From assembly GCF_052425735.1 (NCBI RefSeq), contig NC_135760.1, positions 21,204,001 through 21,268,000 on the forward strand: a DNA stretch of 64,000 nt, in the 5' to 3' direction. This document shows positions 47,475 through 60,819 of the stretch, one piece after another. Position numbers and translations under genes: made by a program. Within the stretch, counting starts at the first letter, position 1; every line of letters starts with the position of its first letter. The stretch is from Oculina patagonica. Its lineage: Eukaryota. The notes below the pieces were generated by a model. It did not search any database. It was not told the origin of the DNA and saw nothing but the letters and a program-made list of their open reading frames with translations.

Positions 47475-47928
47475 CTAGACACAAATATCCCAAAAAAGGC
47501 TCTAAAAATCTATCTGGAAATTCCCAGTTTTTCCCCTAAAAATCCCTCAAAAAATCCCTAAACATCCCCAAAATTTTCTAAAAATCCCTAAATATCCCAA
47601 AATTTTCTCGGCTCTCCCTTTAAAAGAAATGGCACGGTACACATTTTCAAAAGGCACTCAAATGGCTCAATTCCCTTGGAATGATGGGGTGCATTAGAAA
47701 TAGGAAACACGGATTGCAGTCTAATAGTCACCAATAAGTAAAGAATGCGACAAAATTATCATTTCATAGGAATTTTAAATAAAGCGGCAAAGAAAATAGA
47801 ACAATTTTTCTTCCAAATCATCTAAAAATCCCCCCAAAATCCCATTTTTTCTAAAAATCCCCGAAATTTCTAAAAATCTCCTGATGCTCTAAAAATCCTA
47901 AAAAAAATCCGGCTTTTTGTGTCTAGGG
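47475..47928. mobile_element. MITE-like element with internal AAAATCCC repeats
   Basis: CCTAGACACAAA...TTTGTGTCTAGG inverted ends. Confidence 0.55.
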
Positions 47929-49203
47929 TTTTATAGGTTTGCAATTGCAAAAAAATCCTACAGAATTTTTAAGTTATCTCCCAATTAGCCACAATACTTC
48001 AATGGAACAGATAAAAAAGCGATATTTGAGAGATCGAAAAAGGATAGAGTAAACTTTTTGAAAATAGTTAGGGTCTGGCAAAGACGGGTCCGCCAAGGCC
48101 AGGGGGTTCTGCTGACACCGTTATCGCGAAGTGGGGACGCTTTTAATTTATTAATGCCACAAGTCAATCACTTTAGTGTAATAGATTAGAGTAGTACATA
48201 GTTTTTTATTCTCTCCAGTGCAAGGTTGACTTTGAAAAACTGTTAAAATATATTTCGGATGTCATTACTAATGACATCTGTCCACCAAATCTCATATACA
48301 ATAGGGCCATTTATCCAAGTTGGTGTGATGTCTTACGACTTAACCGACTAAATAAAATTTTTAAAAATGTAGATGTAATTCCTATTCCCGCACTTAATCT
48401 CTAATCAGCTCACCCTTCACTAAGAAGAAGGCTCGCATAGAATTCAGAGATACTGTCTTAAGCACGATTCTGAGGCTTTTGTGAGCCTCATTTTTGGAAA
48501 AATGAATAATTAGATCAAGGCTTACTTAGATCTACTGTGCTTTATATTTAAATACAATATAATTTAATAATCTGATGGAGGAATATTAATGCATTGGCCA
48601 CACCCTTTTTTAGGGCATCTGAGAATTGGACTGGATATAAGGAACAAAAAACACAAACAGTGAAAATTATGTATGTTTATTATAGCTAGCTAGGTATTTG
48701 AATTTTATTACAATTTTTATTCATATTTCACATTTAAAATTTTACATTAAACCCATGCTACAAAACACCTTTTGCAGATAATATTTATTTAGATTTGTAC
48801 TGGTTGTCAGTGTAATAAAACACTGCTTGAAGGTGAGTCCAATTTATATAGACCTACATGTATAATTGTATGTACATAATTTATAAAACTTTCTCAACAG
48901 TAAATGACCCATATACTCTTTACATGTACTTATTTTGCCCAGTTAACTTTGTGCCAGGGATTCTGATAATGATTCAGTGTTACTACCCTACAGCAATAAG
49001 TGCACATGTGGTTGTTCCTCTGTGTGATTATTGCAATAGGATATTCTTTGCATATAGCAAATTAAAAATACTCAGGGGCACCCATATGAAAATGTCTGGG
49101 GTGATCAATAATCCCAGGCTACTAAGGTTTTTAATCTACATAATTACCACCACAAAAGTTATCTGGAATATATCTCCTTTTTATGGTATTAACTATAAGC
49201 CAG

Positions 49204-49204
<1 letters not shown>

Positions 49205-49241
<37 letters not shown>
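49205..49241. repeat. (AAC)n microsatellite
   Basis: Direct reading. Confidence 0.9.
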
Positions 49242-49242
<1 letters not shown>

Positions 49243-50992
49243 AACATTAGGAACTACTTTTTGGAATTGACACCTGACTATGGGTGAAAATAAATTTAAG
49301 ACAAGAGTTCCTTTCAAAATTTCCAACAATCACCCTAGTATCAATTGTGGAATTCCCCCCTCTCCCATACAAGGGGAAATAAACCAATAACAAAACCAAT
49401 CAGTGTCCTGACATCAAGTCGCTTTGTGTGGCAAAGAATTGTTCCACTTCATGTCTTAGTAGCCCGCCACAAAAGGGAAAGCTAACAATGTACATAACAA
49501 GTATTTATCAAGTTCAATTATGAATAAGAAGAGGTAGGATTAGTTGCCTTCCCTTATTAAAATTCAAAGGGATACCAATCATAGTTGAGTAACACAAAAT
49601 TCACCTGACAGTATGTAAAACTACATATTAATTTTTTTTTAAATCCTCAAAAAAAAAATCCTAACTGTTTAATCTAATAATCGACTTATCAGACTGCAGT
49701 GTGAGCCCTTGCAAACATGTCACACCAGCTTTATGCCAGAAGTTGAATGATGCTCCTTATAAATTCTTAGTTGTGGCCAAAAAAGCTGGTTACACTCAGT
49801 CTATTTTTTATAAAACTATAAAACAAGAAGAAGGACAAAACAACTTCAGAATAGATTATGCTTCTTTTTCAACCTCGTTCCCAGGGTCTACTCCACTTTC
49901 AAAATGGTGGCTGGGCGTTCTTACATCAACTCCAGTCCCATCCCTGCGAAGCTGGCACACCAACCATCTACGTGGTTAGGGGTTTGCACAGGTCTAATAA
50001 CCCTAGCCTGATTCTCAGGGCCGGGTTGTTCAAAGCACGATTACCGTATTTACTCGAATAAGCGCTGCCCCCGAATAAGCACCGCATCTGGGACAATAAA
50101 GTTAATAAGCGCCGCCCCCGAATAAGCGCCGCAGTCTCGATGCGGGGCTTATTTGAGAAATTCCGTTTAACTAAAAACAGCACTACAAAGCAGCTCTAAA
50201 ACAAACATGTTTTCATCAAAAGCGATGTTTTGTAGTTCGAAGTAATTGTTTTACTGCTCGCACATTAGTTTTTCTATCCAACATTCTTACAAAACGTAGT
50301 TCTGTAAATGTGTGAAGGCCGCGAACTTTGCCAGAACAGCTAGCGCCACTTCTCTCTTCAGCAAGAGACGAATACTGACAATGCAAAGATACTATTTTCG
50401 ATAACTACAAAATATAAGATTCTTTATGGCGTCCAAATTTTAAATAAGCGCCGCCCTCAAATTAGCGCCGCCCTCGATTAAGCGCCGCACTTGAGGCGCG
50501 AAAAATTGAATAAGCGCCGCGGCGCTTATTCGAGTAAAATTATATGGTAAGCTAATCCAGGATAAGTGAATATATTGTCTATAAGTGTCGCGGAGTAAGA
50601 GGTGAGACATGTTGGATTGGAAATTAGTGGAAGAAACGCGTGAGAAAATAATGATGATGATGATAATGAAGTGTGAAATTTGGTTTCAATTTTATAACAT
50701 TTCGTTGAGGTTTTCTGTTTATATTTTCTGTACCCCAGTTTTGACGTGGATCAATCTCAAACTTCACAAAACATTAGCTATGGAAAACATTTTAAAAAAG
50801 AGAGAAATTAAAACCTCAATCATCTTTTAATCCTGGGTTAGTGTTAATCGCCTATTGAACAACCTGGCCCAGATCATGACAGGGACTGTCTGAGAATCAG
50901 GCTTGGGTAAATTTGGAAATTGTGCCAATACTTCTGACAAGGGTTGTAGTTGTTATTACTAGTGTGCACCGAGGTTGACGAAAACCTACAGA

Positions 50993-51838
50993 TTAGTCAT
51001 CATTAAACAGTCGTGTGAACTTTGTAATACCATTGGGGAGTGGCGCGGAGATATCACAGAGCTTGACACCCGTGCTTGGAAGAGTTTCTACTAAAAGAGA
51101 AACTGGGATCCAATTCAGGTCATCTTGAAATTCTGTGTTGATTTTATGAAATACCATAGTGACCAAACCAGATGATTTGGAACCATCAACAAAAAGACAC
51201 ACTTTCCATTTGTCTTTGTTTACATGGACATTGTTTCTGTGTTTTTCCTCTGCTAATAACTCTGGATCATCACTGGTTCCAGCTCTAGTGGGTTCTGTTA
51301 CATGTATGTTGTATTTATAACCACTAACTTCCACATTTTCTCCAAATTTTCTCCGAAAAGCCTCCTCGCTTTTCAGTTTGGCCCATGCCGCCTTAATAGC
51401 AGACTCCTTCTGTCTCATTTCCTCGGATTTTTCCTCCATGACATTTCCTCCTTCTGCCAAGTCTTTGGGATCTAACTGGAAGACAGTCGCCATTTGAGGC
51501 GAGATAAATGGTGTCTTCTCCAATCCAAGTTGAAGCCGTCCAGTCGCATACAACGTAAAAGTCACCGTAACACAAGACCAAAACACGAAACCACCAGCCA
51601 GGCACAAATATTTGAACACTTTAAAGGTTCTAGATCTCCCAGAAGCTTTCGAAGAAAGCAATCTGACCTGCACGGAAGCCGGCCATCTTGTAAACTGAAG
51701 TTGTGAATTGTCTTTCGCTTTCGTCACGATCGCTCTTGTAACTCCATATTTTGGAATCAAATTAGAGCAAAATTTAGATCTTATGCTAGTAAGGGCAGTT
51801 AAGCTTACTACCCTGGGATGAAACAAAAAGCAAGCCAT
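50993..51838 (-). CDS. Intronless TIM21/COA1-like mitochondrial inner-membrane protein
   Basis: First ATG at 51838. Basic, Ser/Arg-rich presequence-like N-terminus, one TM segment (YLCLAGGFVFWSCVTVTFTLYA), then AWAKLKSEEAFRRKFGENV...CLFVDGSKSSGLV...SLLVE, a pattern similar to the Tim21 intermembrane-space domain. Confidence 0.65.
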   Translation of the reverse strand: MACFLFHPRVVSLTALTSIRSKFCSNLIPKYGVTRAIVTKAKDNSQLQFTRWPASVQVRLLSSKASGRSRTFKVFKYLCLAGGFVFWSCVTVTFTLYATGRLQLGLEKTPFISPQMATVFQLDPKDLAEGGNVMEEKSEEMRQKESAIKAAWAKLKSEEAFRRKFGENVEVSGYKYNIHVTEPTRAGTSDDPELLAEEKHRNNVHVNKDKWKVCLFVDGSKSSGLVTMVFHKINTEFQDDLNWIPVSLLVETLPSTGVKLCDISAPLPNGITKFTRLFNDD

Positions 51839-51963
51839 ATAAAAATGGAAATTCTTGTGTTTAGAAGTCTTCGAATCAGCCTGTCTTCGATTCTGCAACG
51901 TCTGCAAAGTAGAAGGCGCAAATTCGCAAACGTTCAGCGGTATTACATTTAGAAGAAAACAAC

Positions 51964-54900
51964 ATGGCGGCTGCGGGAGGGAGTCACTTGTCTAGTGGCC
52001 GAGTTAACGTAGGATTGCTGCGGGAATGTGCGAGAAGAGAGCTTCTTCAGTGCTTAAATAAACAACCTGGATCTAAGGTAATGCGAAGTAAATTAATCTT
52101 TACGTTTCTTGTAAGCTACAGTGCTTTAGATTTCAAAATGTGTGATCAATCTAAAAATTAAAGTCCCTTTGCATATTCGTTGAATGTTCCATAGTCTGTT
52201 TTCTTGCAAGGAGAAATCAAAACTTGCAAATTTTAACCTCCACTAAAGGTCGTTGTTATCGCTTTTTTGAAATGCCATACAATCCTAGCTCCGGATCCAT
52301 TATGTTTCAATACTTTAGAGATGAAAAAATTATGCTGGAATCATTCGACCAGCCAGTTAGGACATGCACCCCCCAACTGGGGGCTGTTGGTAAAACCCGT
52401 GACGGTCAAATTTGGAAAAACATGTGACGGCTATGTCCGTGATGGATCCGTGACATATCCGTGACGGATAGATTCTTACATACCGTAAAATTCCGGTTAT
52501 AAGCCCTGGGCTTATACAACTTCGTAAGCGGTTTTGGGTGGGCTTATAAGCGGAGGGGCTTATATTCGGGAGGGCTTATAAGCGGAATAAAAAAACCTTT
52601 TGGAACGAGCCACGGGAGTGTTGATCGAAATACGTTTCTACGTAAAAAACGCATAATAAAGCAACATTTAGCCCTGTTCAATACTGTCATCCGGCAAAGG
52701 GGGGGGCTTATATCCGGGAGGGCTTATAACGGGATGTATTTTTTGTTTCCAGATAGATGGGTCTATAACCGGGGGGGCTTATAAGCGGGAAATGCAGGGG
52801 GGTACATGTCCTAATTAACAAGACAAAGGACAATGTGGGTTTGTGCATCCACATTTCTGGGGACCATTTGTCCCTTGGGACCCCGTAACTACACTTCTTT
52901 TGTGGGAGAGCGGAAGGCTTTTTGTCAGTTGATTTTATCTTGGGTATACTAACAGAGCTGAATCGTCAATTCTTGGCTCTACGCAACTACGGAGAAACTG
53001 TCTCCAAAGATGATCTGGGATGCTGGTCAAAGCATCAAATTTAATAATAATTTTCTTTTTTCTTTTGGTTATTTTTTAACAGGCCATAGTCTGGGATGAC
53101 AAGCTGACTGGACCATTTGGTTTGATTGCTGAGTACAAGTTACTCAAGGTATGAACACGTTAAAGGCAGGGGTATTTTGCAGAATGCAGAATGCAGAACC
53201 CAGAATGATGGAATGGTTGATTGATGGAATGGTTAATTGATGGAATGGTCGATTGATGGAATGGCAATAGTACAATACCCTTGGGACCCTAACCAACAAA
53301 TAAAAGCTAACCGCAAGCAAAACCAGAGTGAGAGCCAACCGCAAGCAAACAGGAGTGAAAACTAACTGTGAGCAAACCGCTGACCATTATTCTGCATTCT
53401 GCATTCTGCAAAAATACCCCTGCTGCCAGTAGGTTAGTCTGAGTCCTGATTAGTATGTATTATTATGATTTTAATTTAATTATCATTTTATAAGTTGTGT
53501 TTGTTTTATTTGCCAGGAACATGAGGTTGAAGTCATGTTTCCTCTCCGTCCTGGCCGGCTGCCTCCATCTCAAGTCCATAATGTTATTTTCATAACAAGA
53601 CCTAAACCCTCATTGATGGACATAATTGCTGACAATGTTCTCAGGTAATACAACTTTAAACTCATAACAAAAGAGGAAGTCTGTAATGTGTTGTTGTCTT
53701 CAGTGGCTTTAATGTTTGTGCAGAGTGACTACAGTCGAAGCTCTCTTATTGACAGACACTCTCGTAAGCGGACAGCTCTACTTACGGCCGCCTTGTCTGA
53801 AACTCTGTATTTTTACATTCTTGTAAGCGGACAGATAGATAGATAGATAGTTTATTGATATTCTTACATGACAGTCTAAAAACTGAATTGCGTAAAAATT
53901 TACAAAGAGATAAATTATTAGAAATACAACTATTAAAATCTATTATAACTATATTAAAAATACAACTATTAAAATCTATTATAACTATATTAAAAATTTG
54001 CCATAGAAGGAAAAAAGCTATGTTTAAAACGATTGGTTCGAGCCTTACATGCTTGACATTCCCGTAAGCGCCCGCGGACACTTTCAGAGATTACGACTTA
54101 GACTTTTTCTTTGTTTTTAAGCTCCCGTAAGCGGACAGCCCAAAGAAAATCCTATTAACTACCCTTGTATCTTGTTTTTGTGAATAAACTTCACATTACC
54201 ATTCGTCACAGTGATTTAACAGTAATTTAAGTATCATATTTTAGTGCTTGTTTTGTCGTCATCCACGTCTGCCCGGTTATTGTTAGTTGGGCAAGTTCCC
54301 GTAAGCCGCCATCTTTCCCCTACACTTCTAGTGGCCGCTTACAAGAACCATTCTCGTAAGCGGCCAGCCCCGAGGGTGTCCGCTTACTAGAGCTTTGACT
54401 GTTACGGTTTTGTTTAATGTTGGCTTTGCACATGTATTACTTGCACAGTCTGGTCTGAGCCAGGGATTGGAACCTCTGGGCTAATCTGAATGCCTGCCAA
54501 AAAGATGGCTGAATCTGATTGGGTGTTGAAAACTTGTTCATTCACCACTGACAATATCTGCCACACATTCACAATCAAACCAGAACCAGAATAGGCCTGG
54601 GTTCTCGTTACCAACTTAGCCTCGCCTCGCACTTGTGGGTTAGCCCAGAGCCACTGAGTTTCCTGACCACTGGTCGGAGGAACAAGGCTCTGGGAATGAA
54701 ATTGTTACTTGCAATGAAAAGTTCTTATTTTGTTTTCCAAATGAGCAAAGCTGCGTTAATGTTCCTAGCAAATGACAAAACATTGTTCCACAAATGTTGT
54801 TTCCTTAATGTTTCCCCAACAGTGTTTGGTGGAAGCAAAACAACAAATGATTTTGAGTTTTTTCAGGAACATTGTGCTTTGGCAGCAAACATTTTTCCAT

Positions 54901-57900
54901 TTATGCACCAGGGGCACAGTTTTGGGAAACTACAATTCTTTCTCCTTTTCAGAGGCTTGAGAATACAAAACATACTGCAGACATTTTTTAAGTGATATTG
55001 TTACATACAGCCTTGTCACTGTTGTCAGTAGTAGTGTCTAGAAAAATTCCTGGAAGCAGTTCATAGAAGAATTACTGTAGCTTTCTTTTTTGTTTTGCTC
55101 TAATTTCTTAGTGAGGAAGGCAGAGAAAGCAAGAAAAAAGAGTTCACTATCTTGTTTGTTCCAAGAAAAACTATGTTATGTGAAAGAAAACTTGCTGTAA
55201 GTAAGAAAATAATAATTATTATAGATTATTTTTATTTAATTAACAGGTAAATGTAGTTTGTGGCTGCCTGCTATGGTGATTACATGAATTGATGTAACTG
55301 TTGTTATAATAAATATATGTAGACACCAGATAATAATCTATAGTGTATATATTTTGTTAAGTACTATTCACTTTGACGTTGAACTTCTACCATTACATAC
55401 CTGCCAACCCCCAGAGTACAAAAATCTGGAGACATCTAGAAATCTTTGCATTTTAAGGATATCATTTAAGACAATGCATGAATACTGTGAGAAAATCAGA
55501 CAGATATTAAAAAACTTGGAGATCCCGGGAAAATCCGGAGAGTTGGCAGGTATGCCATTATCAGTTTTTTAGACTCCTGTTAACCAGGACAAAGAATAAA
55601 CACACTGCAGTAGTGTACCGAAGAATCTTTGTTTCTATTTACTCCTCCTGAAAATTTGGTGATCAAAGTAGCTGCCTGTTGGTGCTTAGTGAAGGGGCCT
55701 ACTTCCTTCATTTTATTTAAACCAATTTTTTGAACATGTTAGGTACAACAGTCATTAGCAACAAGCAGTCTAATATTCAAGATGAGTGCTTTAATGCTAC
55801 TTTTAATTCATTATTATGTTTGCAGGAGCGCAATGTGTCATTTGTTAACATTGATGAATACCCCTTGGAACTGATACCCCTGGATAGCGATGTTTTGTCA
55901 CTTGAAATGGACACTAGCTTCAAGGTATATAAAATAAAAAACAAGTATCCATATAAAGTGATCTTCTCTATAATAATAATAATCTTTTATTAGGAAGCCT
56001 TCATTCACTATACAGTGGTTTTCAGAAAGGTCCTAACTAAGATTAAAAATACTTAATAAGACTATATACAATAAAACGAAAAATACCTAAGAATTAAAAA
56101 CTATTATTAAAAACTAACTTGAATACAAAAGAAAGAATTAACTAAAAAACCTACTTAGAACGCTACGCTTAAAGTTTCTTTCTGATTTGCATTAGTTACA
56201 AGTGGATTTTTGGGGAGCAGGGATGGCGCAGTGGTGAGAGCGCTCGCCTCCCACCAATGTGGCCCGGGTTCGATTCCGGCCCGGTGTCATATGTGGGTTG
56301 AGTTTGTTGTTGGTTCTCGCCTTGCTCCGAGGGTTTTTCTCCGGGTTCTCCGGTTTTCCTCCCTCCTAAAAAACCAACACTTCCAAATTCCAATTCGACC
56401 TGGACAGAGGACCCGCATGAAAACCAGCGAGCGCTGATGTGGCTTCCTCTCTAAATATAGTAATTTATTTTCCATGATTTTAAATACATCTCCAGAGGGG
56501 CTCAGGGATGAGGGAGGGTAGTGGTATATGGGGTATAAATACCTTTAATAAGGTTACTATTTTTAGTGACTACTAATTTTAGCGATTTTTTCTAAGCAAG
56601 ATTTAGCGACTATTAAATTTAGCGATTTTCCGAAAATTAAAACAACAACAACAATTTTAATATAGAGCTGAGATGGAAATAAATGTTCGGTAATAGAACA
56701 GAGTCACTTAAAATTGAACGAACATTATCATTGTCAGAAAGAACAATTAAAAGTGAATTGCAAATGTTAGAAAGTGAGACCTCGTCAGGGTAATCAGTCA
56801 TATTCTCCACGATGCCGGCGACCCCAGCTCTTTCCCAATCCTTCTTAATTGTTGCCCTACCTTTTGATGTTGTCATATAGTTGAACAGGGCCACTATATG
56901 TAATTTTGTATTCCTCTGGCGGGCGGGGGTATTAATTTAACGTGTATTAAATCTGACTGAGACAAATTTTAGCGAGTACTAAATTTGGCAATTTTGGCCC
57001 AACTCGCTAAAATCGCTAAAATTAGTAGCCACTAACAATAGTTACCTTAAGGTATAAGGGGTAAAATGATTTTTTGGAAACTTGACCCAGATAAGTATAA
57101 TTAAAAAAGAAGACCAATCTGGGTGTGGGTCAAGTCTCATGTGTCTCCTAATAGACAAATGAGAGAGAGCTTTCATCTTTGAAAGATTTCTTGTAATATG
57201 TATTAATATTGAGCTAAACCACCAAAACAATTTGTATCCCTCCTTGAAGAGTATAAACATAAGCCCTGACCACCCTTGTCAATACCAAAATCTATAGTTG
57301 ATGACCCTAAAAGAGATGTGAACCACGGTGGGCACAAAGTGACCCAAAAACGCTCACCTTCATTCATCTTTTTCGTTTTTGATACTGGTTACCTGAAATT
57401 TTGCATAAATATAGAACTCGTCATTCTGAAAAATCGCATGTTTTTTGTTTTATCGAATTTCGAATTTTTTGGCGGGAAAATGACGAAAATCGAAAAACTG
57501 ATGAAATTCGAAAAACAAAAAACATACGATTTTTCAGAATGACGAATTCTATATTTGTGCAAAATTTCAAGTAGCCAGTATCAAAAACGAAAAAGATGAA
57601 TAAAGGTGAGCGTTTTTGGGTCACTTTGTGTCCACCGTGAACATTCCCACCCCTTTGACATAATAAATTGACAACATTTTGGCACGACAGCCCTTACTGG
57701 TTTTCACGTGGTTCCTCTATCCAGGTCAAATTAGAATTTGGAAATAATGTTTTTTTTTCACAGTTATTTGGAAAGCACTCTTTCAGACAGTCTAACTTTC
57801 AGTTCTGTTTGCCCATTTTTGTTTTGTTTTGTAGGAGTGCTATTTGGAGAATGACTACACATCCTTGTTCTATGTTGCCAACTCCTTGATGACTCTTCAA

Positions 57901-59026
57901 ACATTATATGGCACAATTCCAAAGATTTATACTAAAGGAACCATGTCCAAGGTGTGAATGAAATATATAAGTAGTCTGTTTCATTTTTAGAGTAAAACAT
58001 TTGTATGAATACGGCTAGAATATGATACAAAAACTAGACTTTTACTTTTTTAACAATTGTGAAAATATGCCATAGGGTTATTTTTGTTCATTTACCGTCT
58101 CTTGGGGGGGGGGGGGGGGCTTATATTTTTGGAGAGTGCTCATTTTAGGAGGGTTTATTTTCAGAAGGAATTTTGCTTTTGGAAAATGATTGGATCTTGA
58201 ATAACATTTACCGGTATTTATAATATGAGAATTTTGAAGTGAACTCATGATCTGAAGCACAAAACCAGGAACCAACTTTACAATGAGGAGGTGGTGGGGA
58301 GGGGAAGGGAACTAGATGAAATTACTAATTAATCACCTACAGGGCTAAATCAAAACACAAGCCAACAACTCACAATTTGTAAGGTGATTTGGTTCTCAGT
58401 GGATACTGGGCTATGTTTTTCTTACCTCACTCCAGTTGGCAATGTTATACAATGAATCTCAAATAGCATCTTAAATCTCAAGAATAGAGTCAAGAATCAA
58501 GTCTTAAAAGAAACTGACAACTTACATTTGCCCAGTACTCGAATCATGTAGTATTAACTTTCATCATTTATTTGAAATTTTGCCAGTTAAGATAACATGA
58601 AGGCTTCAAACCCTGAAGGAAAATTCAAAAAACATAGTCTGACTTGTATCACAATTTGTCTTTTATTCTATTTTTTAATGGTTAATGAAATAAATGAGAT
58701 ACCGTAAGTACTTAGGAAATAAGGAAATAATTTCGCACATTACATTTTCTCTCGTTTGACATGAGACAAAACCTGTGGGGAAACTCACTAATTTCACTCA
58801 CCACCTTTTTTACTCACACTTTTGGTTAAAATCACACTTTTTTCTCCTCAGCGTGTCTTGGACATGATGATGCGCAAGAAGCGAGAAGCAGCTGATTCAG
58901 AAAATCAAGTCTCACCACAGATTGACACTCTTCTGTTGATAGACCGTAATGTAGACTTGCTGACTCCATTATTCACCCAGCTCACTTATGAAGGGCTGAT
59001 AGATGAACTCTATGGAATACACCACA
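51964..59026 (+). CDS. VPS33A: VPS33A (HOPS/CORVET SM protein), 5' part, 7 exons (51964-52077, 53083-53148, 53517-53644, 55112-55196, 55826-55924, 57835-57951, 58852-59026); runs toward the gap
   Basis: [21 protein letters not shown]...[43 protein letters not shown] and [30 protein letters not shown], with canonical splice sites and matching phases. Confidence 0.93.
53165..53423. mobile_element. MITE with GCAGAAT-repeat TIRs
   Basis: GCAGGGGTATTTTGCAGAATGCAGAATGCAGAA mirrored by TTCTGCATTCTGCATTCTGCAAAAATACCCCTGC. Confidence 0.75.
55396..55554. mobile_element. 159-bp MITE with 6-bp TSD
   Basis: CATACCTGCCAAC / GTTGGCAGGTATG flanked by CCATTA on both sides. Confidence 0.75.
56212..56455 (+). 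mobile_element. Second tRNA-derived SINE family
   Basis: A and B boxes (TGGCGCAGTGG...GGTTCGATTCC) followed by a non-tRNA body. Confidence 0.75.
56540..57055. mobile_element. MITE with TTTTAGCGA subterminal repeats
   Basis: TAAGGTTACTATTTTTAGTGACTACTAATTTTAGCGA mirrored by TCGCTAAAATTAGTAGCCACTAACAATAGTTACCTTA. Confidence 0.7.
57324..57639. mobile_element. 316-bp foldback MITE with CACGGTG/CACCGTG ends and 3-bp TSD (CMC/Chapaev-like)
   Basis: Almost fully palindromic, with AAC duplicated at 57321-57323 and 57640-57642. Confidence 0.8.
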
Positions 59027-59539
59027 GTAAGTGTTACATAAAGGGCTAAATGATGAACGTTATGAAAATATACACCACTGTAACATGAATGGCTTACCCT
59101 CTGGGGGTGCATATCAGCAGGAATTGCACGAAGGAGTGATAACTGAAGCATAATTTTATTTATAAGTCTTACATGAAAGTTGGTAGGTGAACTTTATGGC
59201 AAATACATACATATCTCTTATTATCCACTCCCCTCTGGGATTTTCAAGGATAATTTTACAACACTGGTTGTAGAACTTTGCCAGACTTCTTATGGTGCAG
59301 TTTACAAGTAATGAAGGAATGAGTAATGATGCCCCCTATCTGAGTGTGAAATTAAGATAAACCACTACACCCAAGGGACTACGTCCCCTACTCTTTACTA
59401 AGAGTGTGTGGGTTCTTTAACCTCCCACAGAATTTATAACATGTGCAAGGATTGTGAGACGGGGCCTACTGTTTATCCTTCTTATCTAAGATAACTAGAA
59501 TATCTAACCATTTGCAGATGCCATTGCAAAGACAGCATA

Positions 59540-59580
<41 letters not shown>

Positions 59581-60151
59581 TGGGAGTCGAACCCAAAACC
59601 TCCCGCACAGTAGTCCGACGCTCTACCAACTGAGCTAACCGGTCGGAAGTTTCAAGATGAACAGTTGAACCTCTCTTTTCAAACACAACTGTAAATTTTA
59701 CCCCCAACCCCCACCTATTACAATCAGTTTACTTGATCCAAAAGAGACCAAAAGTCATACATTACAAACCTCTGTAATGTGAACACCTCCATAATATGGA
59801 CACTCTTCCCTGCTCCTTTGGTGTCCATATTAAAGAGTTTTACCGTACCCCATTCACGCTTTTTTAGTCTGCATTTGAACCTAGTGGACCATCAGACTTG
59901 CGCTTATCTTTGGTTTCCGTAGCATTAAGTGGCTCCTGGTAGGAGTATTTCCAGCTTCCCCTGAATAGTGAGGCAAGTTCATCGCAGGGCTACCCCTGGC
60001 TTCAAATTAGCCAGTACCCAGCGGCAGATCCCGGCCTTGAAATAAGGGGGCCCCTTTTTTGTGTGTGAACCCGCACCTGGGGGAAGAGGGACATGTGCAT
60101 TATGTGTGTGCTGTAATGAGTGGAGCTGGATAATAATCAAAGATTTTTCAT

Positions 60152-60651
60152 NNNNNNNNNNNNNNNNNNNNNNNNNNNNNNNNNNNNNNNNNNNNNNNNN
60201 NNNNNNNNNNNNNNNNNNNNNNNNNNNNNNNNNNNNNNNNNNNNNNNNNNNNNNNNNNNNNNNNNNNNNNNNNNNNNNNNNNNNNNNNNNNNNNNNNNNN
60301 NNNNNNNNNNNNNNNNNNNNNNNNNNNNNNNNNNNNNNNNNNNNNNNNNNNNNNNNNNNNNNNNNNNNNNNNNNNNNNNNNNNNNNNNNNNNNNNNNNNN
60401 NNNNNNNNNNNNNNNNNNNNNNNNNNNNNNNNNNNNNNNNNNNNNNNNNNNNNNNNNNNNNNNNNNNNNNNNNNNNNNNNNNNNNNNNNNNNNNNNNNNN
60501 NNNNNNNNNNNNNNNNNNNNNNNNNNNNNNNNNNNNNNNNNNNNNNNNNNNNNNNNNNNNNNNNNNNNNNNNNNNNNNNNNNNNNNNNNNNNNNNNNNNN
60601 NNNNNNNNNNNNNNNNNNNNNNNNNNNNNNNNNNNNNNNNNNNNNNNNNNN
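60152..60651. other. Scaffold gap (500 N)
   Basis: Run of N. Confidence 1.
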
Positions 60652-60819
60652 TAAAGCAGAGGTGTTGTAATTTCAATTTTCCCCGACTTTTCTTCGAAAT
60701 GTCAATTTTCCCTGTCTCACTTGCAGAATGTTGTAAGGGTATTCAACTGCCTAATTTCCATATCAGAGAGTAAACTAGAAACAGAAAACGGTCACGATTA
60801 TGAAATCATGCAGTTTTAC

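Noticed and set aside
56212-56285. tRNA genes at SINE heads (also 6990, 34905)
   Set aside because: A and B boxes continue into repeated SINE bodies, and I could not see a convincing full cloverleaf.
29097-60760. A single 31-kb giant transposon carrying TMEM248, PRDM9 and VPS33A, bounded by TATC
   Set aside because: No terminal inverted repeats or transposase, and both ends abut assembly gaps, so mis-scaffolding is the simpler explanation.
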